From positions 544,001-608,000 of the forward strand of contig CAWDXE010000001.1 of the NCBI GenBank assembly GCA_963806185.1: a stretch of DNA of 64,000 bases. The letters are read 5' to 3'. The notes below the pieces were generated by a model that worked only from the letters and a program-made list of their open reading frames with translations, was not told the origin of the DNA and ran no database searches. This document shows, piece by piece, positions 28,810 to 38,698 of the stretch. The translations under genes and the position numbers were made by a program. Numbering within the stretch: the stretch's first letter is position 1; every line of letters begins with the position of its first letter. The DNA is from an uncultured candidate division Zixibacteria bacterium (lineage in GTDB: Bacteria; Zixibacteria; MSB-5A5; GN15; FEB-12).

Positions 28810-30522
28810 ATGAAATTGTCCCGACCGAGTGTCACGTTTATCGTGATGATCATGATCTTCGCTCTCGGTGGTCTCGTGGCGTTGCAGGCCAAGTTGCTGA
28901 TGGACGCGCGCGATCACAAGGAGCAGGCGTTTCGCCAGAACGTGAATATGGTGCTTGGCAAGGTCGCGCAGGAGCTGGAAACGGGTGAGGTCGTTCAGAT
29001 CGCGTTGCAGGCGGAACCGGGCCTGGATTCGACCGAGGTGCATGCCTTCGTTGCACAGGCCGAGATTCGCACCGACTATACGGAGGACTCCACGGCGCAT
29101 GGTTTCAAATGGTCCACCTCCGGTTCTTTGCCGGTGACGATAAACGACGGAAAGCTGCAGTACCGGTTGGACGCACCGCAACGGGTGAAAATTCAGGTCT
29201 TCGATCCCATGACCGGCAAGGATCTGGTTATGGTCGATAGCCTGAAGATGCCGGGGGAATACGGCATCGACCTCAAGGACAGCAAATACGCGCGGGGATC
29301 GTATGTCTTTCGCGTGTCCTGCGACAGCGGCTCGGCAACGCTCGAGATCATCAATGGATCACCGACCGGCGCCCCTATGCAGCACCTGCCCGGCCAGGAG
29401 CGTCGAATGCTCGTGACCAAGGTGATCGATCAGTTGAACGTCCTTCAATTCAAGCCGATCGAGCGGCGCATTGACTCGCTCAAACTCGATTCGTCGCTGG
29501 CCCGCAATTTCCGCGAGGCCGGTATCGAAACACCGTATGCCTACGGCATAATTGCGTCCCGGAGCGACTCGCTGCGCCTGGCACGACCCCCGCACCGGGC
29601 ATCCGAACTCCGCGACGCGGAGTTTCGGGTCAATCTGTTCCCGATGGATATCTTCGCACCGCGCAGTCAATTGGTAGTCTATTTCCCCGAACAGAGCGGG
29701 TACGTGCGGTGGCAGGTACTCCCGTTGATGGCGGCTACGACGTTGTTTATGCTCGTCATCACCGGGTGTTTTGCCTACACGGTGCGCACGATAGTCCGGC
29801 AGAAACGATTCGCGGCCGTGACGGTGGATTTCATCAACAACATGACGCACGAATTCAAGACCCCGATATCGACTGTGGCGCTGGCCAGCGAGGCGATACT
29901 TACCCCCGAGGTAACCGGCAGTCCCGAACGAGTCGAGCGCTTTGCGAAAATGATCCAGGAAGAGAACCTGCGCATGCGTCGGCAGGTGGAGAAGATTTTG
30001 CAGATGGCGGCGCTGGAAGAGAAAGATTTTGAGTTAACGCTCACGGAAGTTGATATGAACGATGTCGCCGGCCGCGCGGTTGAGAACATGACTCTCCACG
30101 TTGAGACGAGACACGGCTCGATAGCCGCTGACCTGCAGGCAACCAATCCGCTGGTTCGCGCGGACGCGTTGCACATGGCCAATATCGTTCACAATCTTCT
30201 GGACAACGCCAACAAGTACTCCCCCGACACACCCAACATAGTTGTGAGTACTCGCAACGACGGAACCAGGCTGATCATCAGTGTCAAAGATAACGGGCTG
30301 GGTATTGCCCCGAAGGATCAGAAGATGATTTTCGACAAGTTTTTCCGTGTGTCCAGCGGCAATATCCACGACGTCAAGGGATTCGGCATCGGGCTGGCCT
30401 ACGTCAAGTTGATGACTACCGCGCAGGGGGGTGAGATAGATTTGAAAAGTGCGGCGGGGCAAGGGACGACGGTGGAGCTCTCCTTCCCGACAATTCCGGT
30501 GAGTACGGGAAAGATGTCATGA
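28810..30522 (+). CDS. Membrane sensor histidine kinase
   Basis: Two TM helices; DFINNMTHEFKTPI, NLLDNANKYS, DNGLGI, FDKFFRV, KGFGIGLAYVK. Confidence 0.93.
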   Translation: MKLSRPSVTFIVMIMIFALGGLVALQAKLLMDARDHKEQAFRQNVNMVLGKVAQELETGEVVQIALQAEPGLDSTEVHAFVAQAEIRTDYTEDSTAHGFKWSTSGSLPVTINDGKLQYRLDAPQRVKIQVFDPMTGKDLVMVDSLKMPGEYGIDLKDSKYARGSYVFRVSCDSGSATLEIINGSPTGAPMQHLPGQERRMLVTKVIDQLNVLQFKPIERRIDSLKLDSSLARNFREAGIETPYAYGIIASRSDSLRLARPPHRASELRDAEFRVNLFPMDIFAPRSQLVVYFPEQSGYVRWQVLPLMAATTLFMLVITGCFAYTVRTIVRQKRFAAVTVDFINNMTHEFKTPISTVALASEAILTPEVTGSPERVERFAKMIQEENLRMRRQVEKILQMAALEEKDFELTLTEVDMNDVAGRAVENMTLHVETRHGSIAADLQATNPLVRADALHMANIVHNLLDNANKYSPDTPNIVVSTRNDGTRLIISVKDNGLGIAPKDQKMIFDKFFRVSSGNIHDVKGFGIGLAYVKLMTTAQGGEIDLKSAAGQGTTVELSFPTIPVSTGKMS

Positions 30523-31214
30523 GCGCCGTCCAACGACTGCTGCTGGTCGAAGACGACACTAATCTCGGCCTGGTGCTGCAGGAGCATCTGCAAATGCAGG
30601 GGTACGGCGTGATGCTTGCGATTAACGGCGAGGACGGCCTGGCGGCCTACCGGCGCGAGCGATTTGATCTTCTCCTCGTTGATGTCATGATGCCGAAGAA
30701 AGACGGTTTCAGCCTGGCCCGGGAGATTCGCGCGACTGATCAGGACACACCGATAATCTTCCTGACCGCCAAATCGCTCAAGGAAGACAAGATCGAAGGA
30801 TTCCGCCTCGGTTGTGATGACTATCTCACCAAACCGTTCAGCATTGAGGAATTGCTGCTCCGCATCCGAGCGGTACTGCGGCGGAGCACCAAGTCACCGT
30901 CGGCCGACGGTGGACAACAACTGTTTTCCTTTGGCGTATTCACTTTTGACGCCAATCGGCAAACGCTGACATCCGGCAAGACTACGTTTGAACTGACGCC
31001 GAAAGAATCAGAATTACTCCGCCTGCTCTGCCTTCATCAAAATCAGATTCTCGAGCGCGAGGTGGCGCTTCGGGAGATTTGGGGAGATACCGGGTATTTC
31101 AGTGGCCGAAGCATGGATGTGTTTGTGTCGCGGTTGCGCAAATATCTCAAGGCCGATCCGCAGGTTGAATTGATGGGGATTCACGGCAAGGGATTCAAAT
31201 TGATTGTATCGTAG
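30519..31214 (+). CDS. OmpR/PhoB-family response regulator
   Basis: LLLVEDD, DVMMP, DDYLTKPF, winged helix RSMDVFVSRLRKYL..GKGFKL. Confidence 0.93.
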   Translation: MSAVQRLLLVEDDTNLGLVLQEHLQMQGYGVMLAINGEDGLAAYRRERFDLLLVDVMMPKKDGFSLAREIRATDQDTPIIFLTAKSLKEDKIEGFRLGCDDYLTKPFSIEELLLRIRAVLRRSTKSPSADGGQQLFSFGVFTFDANRQTLTSGKTTFELTPKESELLRLLCLHQNQILEREVALREIWGDTGYFSGRSMDVFVSRLRKYLKADPQVELMGIHGKGFKLIVS

Positions 31215-31220
31215 TGGCAG

Positions 31221-32072
31221 TCAATCGATCGCGATGATCCGTTCCAGCGCCGGCGTGCCGTATTCTGCGCCCGCCGTTTCCACGACCAGATTGTCCAGAA
31301 GCTGCGCTCTCCCCCGCCCGTGGCAGTGGCCGCAGAGAACAGTCAACTGCTTGTCGGGATGCTGCATCATGATTTCACGCAAGTAGTCACCGATGACCTG
31401 GGAAGCGAAGAACGGCAGGAACATGTTGCTTGACAACTTCCCTGCCTGCCAACAGGCTTCCTTGAACGGGGGCACGTGAGTTGCGACCAGAACGTGGTTG
31501 TACCGGGTAAGAAGGGGAGGAATGACTTTCCGGAAATGGTCAACCGCCTGATCGGCAAGTCGCTGCATGACTATCAGCAAATCCTTCATCCCGGTGGCAC
31601 CGGACAAATCCTCCCCTTCGCCTCGACGCTTGAAATCGTCGATCATCTCGAAATCATTCATGTAGACGGGAGAACTGTCGAAATCGCCCAGCCGACCGTC
31701 CGCCCACCCATCGTGCCCGACCAGAACAGTCGATTTCGACAGTGGGACGGCGTCGCTACTTGTCAAATAGTGCAGTCTACCATTTTCCCCGACGAGTGCG
31801 GCCACCTGCTCCCGAACGGCCGCGATGCTGCTGCGATAGAAATCGTGATTGCCCAGGACGAAGTAGACTGGGCGTTCGAGCGTCTGTTCAAGTATGGTCA
31901 GATGCGCGGCCAACGACGGGGCTTCGGCAATATCACCGGTAATGACGCAGGCATCGAACTCGCTTTTCGCGAGCGCAATGTGGAAATCAGACAACTGTTC
32001 GTGCGTGAGAAAATTCAGATGGATATCCGAAAGCCAGGCGAGATGCGATACCGGTTCATCAGGTGCGGTCAT
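31221..32072 (-). CDS. Calcineurin-like metallophosphoesterase
   Basis: SDIH, TGDIAE, GNHD, THVPP, CGHCH. Upstream TTGAGT-N17-TATATT-N5-ATG. Confidence 0.88.
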   Translation of the reverse strand: MTAPDEPVSHLAWLSDIHLNFLTHEQLSDFHIALAKSEFDACVITGDIAEAPSLAAHLTILEQTLERPVYFVLGNHDFYRSSIAAVREQVAALVGENGRLHYLTSSDAVPLSKSTVLVGHDGWADGRLGDFDSSPVYMNDFEMIDDFKRRGEGEDLSGATGMKDLLIVMQRLADQAVDHFRKVIPPLLTRYNHVLVATHVPPFKEACWQAGKLSSNMFLPFFASQVIGDYLREIMMQHPDKQLTVLCGHCHGRGRAQLLDNLVVETAGAEYGTPALERIIAID

Positions 32073-32129
32073 GTTTGAATATATCGAGCAAGGCGGCGCA
32101 ACTCAAGTGACCGCGCATACTCAGTTGAC

Positions 32130-33146
32130 TCATTCGGTCTTTCTCTGCAGCGCAATCACCGTCAGATCATCGTCGAGCGACGCCCGGCCGGTGAAACTGC
32201 CGATTTCGCTCACCAGTCTATCGGCCAAGCCGCCGGCCGATTCCCGGGCGTGACGCGAAACGAATTTCTGCAGGCGCTCCTCGCCATACATGTCGTCATC
32301 GTCATTTCGGGCCTCGGTGACACCGTCGGTGTAGAGCAGAAGCGTATCGCGCGACCGCAGGGTCACCGACAATTCCTCATAGGTAAATTCTTCATGCACA
32401 CCCAGCACGCCACCGGTGGGCGCCAGCATTTCGGTGGTTCCGTCGGCACGCGCCAACACCACCGGACAATGGCCGGCGTTGGTGAATCGAGCGACCGTCT
32501 CACCCCCCTTGCCCGGGCGAACCGCAACGCAGACCAACGAGATGAACTTGGTGATAGGTACATTGTGCACGAGCCAGCGATTCAATTTGCCGACCAGCCG
32601 GCCGGGGGAGTCGATTTCCTGGGCAAGAATACGCAGAGCGCCCTGGAAATTGGACATGAGCAACCCGGCCGGAAGCCCCTTTCCCATAGTGTCGGCGATG
32701 ACCACCTTCACGGAATTGTCGTCTTCGGAGCGAATGAAGTCGTAGTAGTCGCCCCCGATCGTCCGGGCCGCCAGCGCCTTCACGGCAACGTCAAACCCCT
32801 CGATGACCTCGATCTTCTGGGGCAGTAACGCCCGATGGATCCGGCTGGCGAGGGTCAGCTCATCTTCGAGCGCCGCCTGTTCCTCAGGGGTGATGCAACC
32901 GAGACAAACCTGACGAACCGGCTGCACCTCGAGCCGGTAGAATTCAACCGGGTCTTTGCAAGCCGCACAGGTACCGAAGGAATGGTTTTCGATGCGTTCG
33001 ATGGCGCCGCGGATTTCGGAAAGCAACGACCGGACTTTGTGTGCTTCGGCGCTATGGCGTTCCTGAAGGGATGCAAGGTAGTCGCCGAGCAGGTGTTCGC
33101 GCTCGTTGAGAATACTGCGGAAATGTTCGAATTCAGCGCTGTTCAT
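32130..33146 (-). CDS. DksA/TraR C4 zinc finger fused to a SpoIIE/RsbU-type PP2C phosphatase
   Basis: AIERIENHSFGTCAAC..RLEVQP..VCLGC, then GGDYYD, IADTMGKG, NAGH, YTDGVTEA, DDLT. Confidence 0.85.
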   Translation of the reverse strand: MNSAEFEHFRSILNEREHLLGDYLASLQERHSAEAHKVRSLLSEIRGAIERIENHSFGTCAACKDPVEFYRLEVQPVRQVCLGCITPEEQAALEDELTLASRIHRALLPQKIEVIEGFDVAVKALAARTIGGDYYDFIRSEDDNSVKVVIADTMGKGLPAGLLMSNFQGALRILAQEIDSPGRLVGKLNRWLVHNVPITKFISLVCVAVRPGKGGETVARFTNAGHCPVVLARADGTTEMLAPTGGVLGVHEEFTYEELSVTLRSRDTLLLYTDGVTEARNDDDDMYGEERLQKFVSRHARESAGGLADRLVSEIGSFTGRASLDDDLTVIALQRKTE

Positions 33147-33505
33147 GGGGGCCTCGCCTAATCTGTCGTGTACCTACTTTAAAAACGCCGGCGGCATCGA
33201 AAAGTTGCGCGAGGCAGGGGAAATGTGATGCGGGGGGCAGGAGGCAGGTGAAAGTACCTACACTGTGCTATTGGCCAATCCACGATCAACGCTCCCGCCA
33301 AACCGCGCAACGTTTGTACAAGGGGTGGCCCGGCCATTGCATTCACTCGGTCGACCTCACTTTGCTCTTGACTTCCTATCGAGTTAAGGTATCCTTCCGA
33401 GAGAAGGTTGTCGATTTTGACATCCCAAAGTCCCCGGCTAAGATACGGACTTTGCGCTTGTCATTCTATACTTGATATCAACGTCAGTGGAAGTGTGAGG
33501 CATCA

Positions 33506-34690
33506 ATGGCCAAACTACGAATCTTCGTATCGTCCACGTGTTACGATCTGGACATTTTGCGATCTGAATTACGCCCATTCATCGTTGAAATGGGCTACGA
33601 ACCAGTAATGAGTGACTATTCTGATGTACTTTATGATCCGCGATCGCATACACACGATAGTTGCCTGAAGGAAATACCCAATTGCGATATGGTCCTGTTG
33701 ATCATTGGTTCACGCTTTGGTGGTCTGGCGATTCCTGCTGCTGTTGCAAATATTGATCTCGCTCAACTGGAGAAGTTATCGACTAAGACGACCCTTCTTG
33801 AAACAAAGGATATGTTCTCCATCACGCAACTTGAAGCACTGAAGGCCATAGAACAATCAATTCCGGTCTACGCATTCGTTGACGAAAAGGTGTTGAACGA
33901 TCATCGAGTTTATGAACGGAACAAAGACAAGCAGACTGTAATTGACCAAATTGAATTTCCATCGATTCAGAAACGAGATACGGCCCGATATATTTTTGAG
34001 TTCATTAATTTTCTCAGTCATCGCATAACCAACAACAGCATTACAGGATTTTCGCGCCTTGAAGAAATCAAATCTCATCTAACTAGCCAGTGGTCCCAAC
34101 TATTCCAGCGATTGCTGCTGGAAGCAAGAACCAAGACTCGCGAAGAAAGGCGATATCGTGATTTCTCGGAACGAATCGAGGATTTGAAGGCAATCATTCT
34201 TACATCTTTGGGCACACCGGGACTTCGTGAGACTGCAAAAGGTGCGATTCACTTTCGCCGTTTGATTTCCTTCATATCCGGACTTCGGATCAGCGATCAT
34301 CGCAAATTGCTGCTTTCAGACACTTCGTGGGATGAACTGTTGGCGCAAGCTCAAATAAAATCAATTCTGTCAGGAGACAGTGAGAAGGGACTATGGCGAT
34401 ACGAGGTCGCGCTCGTTCTTGAAGATGAAACATTCTACCGGTGCCGGATGCCACGGAGTCTATTCGACGATCTACCAAGAGAGTGGGATAACTTCAAGCG
34501 ATTGGAAATTCACGCGCGCGAAGCTATTGCAGATGCACTTCTCGAGGACAGTGGCGCCCGAGTGTTCGGTGTGCTCCGCTATTACAATAAGAATTTCAGA
34601 GAATTCTCAAGTGAGCCGCCGGCACCCCTTGCTGAATCAATTGCCGATTCAGAATCTAGCAGTGAATCAGGAAGAACAGTTGCCGATTAA
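33506..34690 (+). CDS. DUF4062-domain protein (TIR/nucleoside deoxyribosyltransferase-like N-terminus)
   Basis: LRIFVSSTCYDL..R, SCLKEI..CD..LLIIGSRFG, SITQLE. DNA is visibly AT-richer than the flanks. Confidence 0.75.
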   Translation: MAKLRIFVSSTCYDLDILRSELRPFIVEMGYEPVMSDYSDVLYDPRSHTHDSCLKEIPNCDMVLLIIGSRFGGLAIPAAVANIDLAQLEKLSTKTTLLETKDMFSITQLEALKAIEQSIPVYAFVDEKVLNDHRVYERNKDKQTVIDQIEFPSIQKRDTARYIFEFINFLSHRITNNSITGFSRLEEIKSHLTSQWSQLFQRLLLEARTKTREERRYRDFSERIEDLKAIILTSLGTPGLRETAKGAIHFRRLISFISGLRISDHRKLLLSDTSWDELLAQAQIKSILSGDSEKGLWRYEVALVLEDETFYRCRMPRSLFDDLPREWDNFKRLEIHAREAIADALLEDSGARVFGVLRYYNKNFREFSSEPPAPLAESIADSESSSESGRTVAD

Positions 34691-34755
34691 TTGCGCACAG
34701 TCGTCAGGTAACTGGCTTCGTTAGGGTTGCGGCACCAGTTAGCCGTTCAGACAGG

Positions 34756-36456
34756 TTGGCGTGTGCTACCTATCATAAGAGACTCGCACTCAACTACCAC
34801 TACGACAAGAACGACAATCTCGATACCCTGACATACCCCTCCGGCAACAAAGCAGCATATACGTATGACTCGGCCAACCAGGTCATTCGGGTTCGACTCT
34901 ACTCATCCGGGCAGTGGCAAACGATTGTCGACAGCGTTCGCTACGCTCCTTTCGGCCCGGCTGAATCCTGGCTATTGGGTAACGGTATGACCTGCTCGGC
35001 AGGACTCGATTCGCTCTACCGTCCCACCTTGATTAGCACTTTGCCCGATTCCCTGGTAAGTCTGCAGTATGGGTATTCCGCGACAAGTGATGTTACACAG
35101 GTCACGGACCAGATTGACTCATCGGCCAGTCGCGAGTACACCTACGACGACAGCTATCGACTGATTGGTGCCAAGAGTGCCGACTACCCAGATACTCTGC
35201 TGAGAATTGGTTATCTGCGAAACGGCAATCGAGATACGTTGCTTAGCTTTACGCCAACGGGCGTGGATACATCGGTGTACACCTACACCGGCAATAGACT
35301 AACATCCGTCAACGGCGCGAATAGCCTCAGTTTCAGTTACGATGCCGTTGGCAATGTAACCCGCTTGATTCAGGGCATCGACACCACCACTTTCCAGTAC
35401 AACAGGGCCGGTCGGCTGGTGAGCATCAATAATGGTGCTATCGCCAGCTATTCCTACGACGCCTGGCATCGCCGGGTGAAAAAGGTGGTGTCCGGCACGG
35501 ATACGACAAAGTATGTGCCTGGAGCGGATGGTCAGTTGTTGTCGGAATATCATGGTGCAACCGGTTGGCGGCGTGACTACATCTATCTTGATGGTCAGTT
35601 AATCGCTCGCGTCAGCTCAGCGGCCGGCGAGAGGGTATTGTGGGTGTTGGGCGATCACCTCGGGACGCCGCTGATGATAGTTGACTCGGCGAAGACGGTG
35701 CGCTGGAGTGCGAAACGGTACCCATTTGGAGAGATATATAGCGAGGTTTCGTCGGCCACCAACGACGTAAGCTTTCCTGGCCAGTTGCGTGATGCCGAAA
35801 GTGGGTTATACTATAACTGGCATCGGTATTATAGTGCGGAGTTGGGGAGGTACCTGCAGTCCGACCCGGTGGGGTTGAACGGGGGGATTAATCTGTATGG
35901 GTATGCAGGCGGGAATCCGCTGGCGCAGATCGACCCATACGGATTGTATTCGTGGGGAGATTTTGGGTATGATGTAGCGCAGGCACTGATTGCGATAGGA
36001 GACGAATCTAGCGGAGGGATAACAACATGGATCAGAAGTCAGAGCTGGTACGGCGGAGATAGCTTCACCAACAAATGCTCAGGCGCCTATGAGCTGGGGG
36101 TATGGACGGCACGCGGAATAGCGCTTCTCCTCAACAGAAGGACAAGTTTCGGATTCGCAGGAGCCCCAGCGCTCGTTGGCCAGACCCATCACGCGGTATC
36201 ATGGAAGATATTCCAATCTTTAGAGGGTCATTCCCTGTTGGGGGGACTATATAGATACCGTGACACCAGATTCGTCACAAGGGCTGTCAACCAAGCTTCA
36301 CATATCGGTTATCAGCGGTGGCATCGTGAGTTGGACACAGAGATAGTGGCTTGGATAGAAGGACATCCGTCCGCAACTGCTGAGGAATTTGAGACTCTTC
36401 TGAAAGCTCGATATGCGTTGCCTGATCTACTGACGCGATTTCCGAAGGGAATCTGA
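34756..36456 (+). CDS. 5'-truncated (orphan) Rhs protein with core domain and His-rich C-terminal toxin
   Basis: YD repeats; DHLGTP, FPGQ..D.ESGLYYNWHRYY..GRYLQSDPVG..NP..IDPYGL. C-terminal region with QTHH..SHIGYQRWH..RFPKG. No credible start or RBS. Confidence 0.85.
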   Translation: MACATYHKRLALNYHYDKNDNLDTLTYPSGNKAAYTYDSANQVIRVRLYSSGQWQTIVDSVRYAPFGPAESWLLGNGMTCSAGLDSLYRPTLISTLPDSLVSLQYGYSATSDVTQVTDQIDSSASREYTYDDSYRLIGAKSADYPDTLLRIGYLRNGNRDTLLSFTPTGVDTSVYTYTGNRLTSVNGANSLSFSYDAVGNVTRLIQGIDTTTFQYNRAGRLVSINNGAIASYSYDAWHRRVKKVVSGTDTTKYVPGADGQLLSEYHGATGWRRDYIYLDGQLIARVSSAAGERVLWVLGDHLGTPLMIVDSAKTVRWSAKRYPFGEIYSEVSSATNDVSFPGQLRDAESGLYYNWHRYYSAELGRYLQSDPVGLNGGINLYGYAGGNPLAQIDPYGLYSWGDFGYDVAQALIAIGDESSGGITTWIRSQSWYGGDSFTNKCSGAYELGVWTARGIALLLNRRTSFGFAGAPALVGQTHHAVSWKIFQSLEGHSLLGGLYRYRDTRFVTRAVNQASHIGYQRWHRELDTEIVAWIEGHPSATAEEFETLLKARYALPDLLTRFPKGI

Positions 36457-36460
36457 GAAT

Positions 36461-37105
36461 ATGAAGTTCTTTGTGTTACATAATCCAAAGATCGGCGACA
36501 ATGACGCTGTCACGGATTACGACCTTTTCGGAAGGGTCAATCGGGGTGAAGCGCCTGTCTGCTCGGCATGCGGTACTCCCACCGGCATGCTACCTTGGTT
36601 GCCACCATATCGCGTGGCTATTCGGTATTGGGGAGGTCGCCACGGTGATCTGGCTTTCTTCATGGATTACCTGCTGGCGTCTGGCCGATTCGTAGAGATG
36701 TTCCTTCAGGAGAAGCTCGTCGGATTGGAATTCATCGCACCGGTACAAATCCTCAAGATCATACCGAAGAGGATGGCTGCGAGCGCTCCGCGCTACTGGG
36801 TGAGCAAAGTCATTCGGGGAAATGGCATTTTCGATCCGGCTGCATCAGAAGCGGAGTACGGCCGTCCGGCAACATGCCTGACATGCCGACAAGGGCACAA
36901 CCTCCTCAAGCTGAAGCGATACGCCATCCTGCCTGATACGTGGGGTGGAGAAGATCTCTTCGTACCTCAGGGCCAGGCCGGATTCATTCTGGCTTCAGAA
37001 CGTTTCAAGGAGTTTGCAGAGCGACACAAGTTCCTGAATGTCGCTCTGAAGGACGCTATGGATTATCCGATCGACTACACTTTCGCAGACCGAAAAGGAA
37101 CTTAG
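36461..37105 (+). CDS. Putative immunity protein, double-CXXC(G) motif type
   Basis: Starts 4 nt after the toxin stop; CSACG and CLTCR motifs, WGGEDLF, LASERF. Confidence 0.72.
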   Translation: MKFFVLHNPKIGDNDAVTDYDLFGRVNRGEAPVCSACGTPTGMLPWLPPYRVAIRYWGGRHGDLAFFMDYLLASGRFVEMFLQEKLVGLEFIAPVQILKIIPKRMAASAPRYWVSKVIRGNGIFDPAASEAEYGRPATCLTCRQGHNLLKLKRYAILPDTWGGEDLFVPQGQAGFILASERFKEFAERHKFLNVALKDAMDYPIDYTFADRKGT

Positions 37106-37342
37106 AAATCCCTCGGCTCGAGTAATTGTAATTTCCGCGCGGGGGCACGGACATTCACCGTTTATCTGGTCGGCGGCAACCCCTCGGGGTCTGCCGCCTA
37201 TCAGGTTGGCGCGGAGTCTTGCGTGAATTAGACCAGGCTGGAAATCGACCGAAATTGTTGGTATCTTCTTTCGTGCGTAGCACTGCCTGAGTTAGTGTCA
37301 TTGTCGGGACAATCGATTCATAGGTAATCATCGCGGAGGCGT

Positions 37343-38309
37343 TTGTTGAAAGCCATCATACGCACCAAATACGGGTCGCCGGATATACTTGAACTGCGGG
37401 AAATAGACAAGCCGATCCCGAAGGACAATCAAGTACTGGTGAAAGTACGTGCGGCGTCGGTAAACCCGCTCGATTGGCACGTACTGCGCGGCAAGCCCTT
37501 TATTGTCCGGATCATGGGCTTTGGGCTTTTCAAACCAAAGCACCAGGTACTCGGGGCCGACATTGCCGGCACGGTTGAAGCGGTCGGCAAGAACGTGACT
37601 CAGTTCAAGGTGGGTGACGAAGTCTTTGGCTCAGGCTTGGGAGGTTTCGCCGAATACGCGTGCTGTGCTGAACACAAGTTCGTGTTGAAACCGGCCGGCA
37701 TGAACTTTCGAGCAGGCCGCGGCCGTACCGGTTGCGGGACTCACCGCCCTTCAGGGTCTCAGAGATCACGGTCGGATACAGGCGGGACAACGGGTCTTGA
37801 TCAACGGAGCATCGGGAGGCGTCGGCACCTTTGCGGTACAGATAGCCAAAGCGCTGGGCACGCACGTTACCGGCGTGTGCGGTACCCGAAATCTGGAGAT
37901 GGTACGGTCGCTGGGGGCCGACAAGGTAATTGACTACACCAAGGAAGATTTCACACAGGGCACGGACAGATACGATCTGATTCTCGATAGCGCGGCCTCC
38001 CGTTCGATACTCAAGCCATTTCGCGTCCTGAGTCATCGCGGAGTCTATGTGATGATCGGCGGTGCCTCGGTGGGTTTCTTGCAGGTGGTTATTCTCAGGC
38101 CATTGCTCTCAAGGAAAGAGGGGCGAACAATCGCTTCGATGCTAACTCAGGTGAACCAGACGGACCTGGCTTTCCTGAAGGAGCTGATAGAGAGCGGCAA
38201 GGTGGTTTCGGTCATTGACCGGACGTATCCACTGAGAGAGACTCCTGAGGCGATCCGCTACATGGAAGAGGGGCATGCGCGGGGAAAAGTCGTAATCAGC
38301 GTTCAGTAA
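37343..38309 (+). CDS. NAD(P)-dependent medium-chain dehydrogenase / quinone oxidoreductase; apparent frameshift near 37707
   Basis: ORF 37343.. (KVRAASVNPLD, GADIAG) joins ORF ..38309 (INGASGGVGTFAVQIAK, GHARGKVV) after removing one T. Confidence 0.85.
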
Positions 38310-38353
38310 TAGCTAGTTCCTCTGATGGGTGTCTCCGCCCCCCCACTTCCCCC

Positions 38354-38382
38354 TTGCCAACCGTCGCCAAAATAGGTAACTT
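38354..38382 (+). promoter_or_regulatory. sigma70-type promoter for tRNA-Leu/tig
   Basis: TTGCCA-N17-TAACTT. Confidence 0.55.
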
Positions 38383-38400
38383 ATTGCCCGACAACAGCAC

Positions 38401-38482
<82 letters not shown>

Positions 38483-38698
38483 ATTGATTATTTAGCACTA
38501 TCTTCTCCCCACTGCCGACGGGACACATTCGATTCGTCGACCCTGGCGCAACGGTCGAGCAGACATTTCATCCGGGGCAGCGTGCACCGGCCAGCCTGCT
38601 CTCTGCTCTGAGCAGACGGTCGGGCCGGGCGGCAAGCGAACTTTGAAGCCGCACCACAGTTGTAGGCGAAAGAACATGAGATACGGAGCAAGCAAGAC

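Noticed and set aside
34709..34741. TAACTGG...CCAGTTA inverted repeat resembling an integron attC site
   Set aside because: Too short for attC, single copy, and no integrase in the window.
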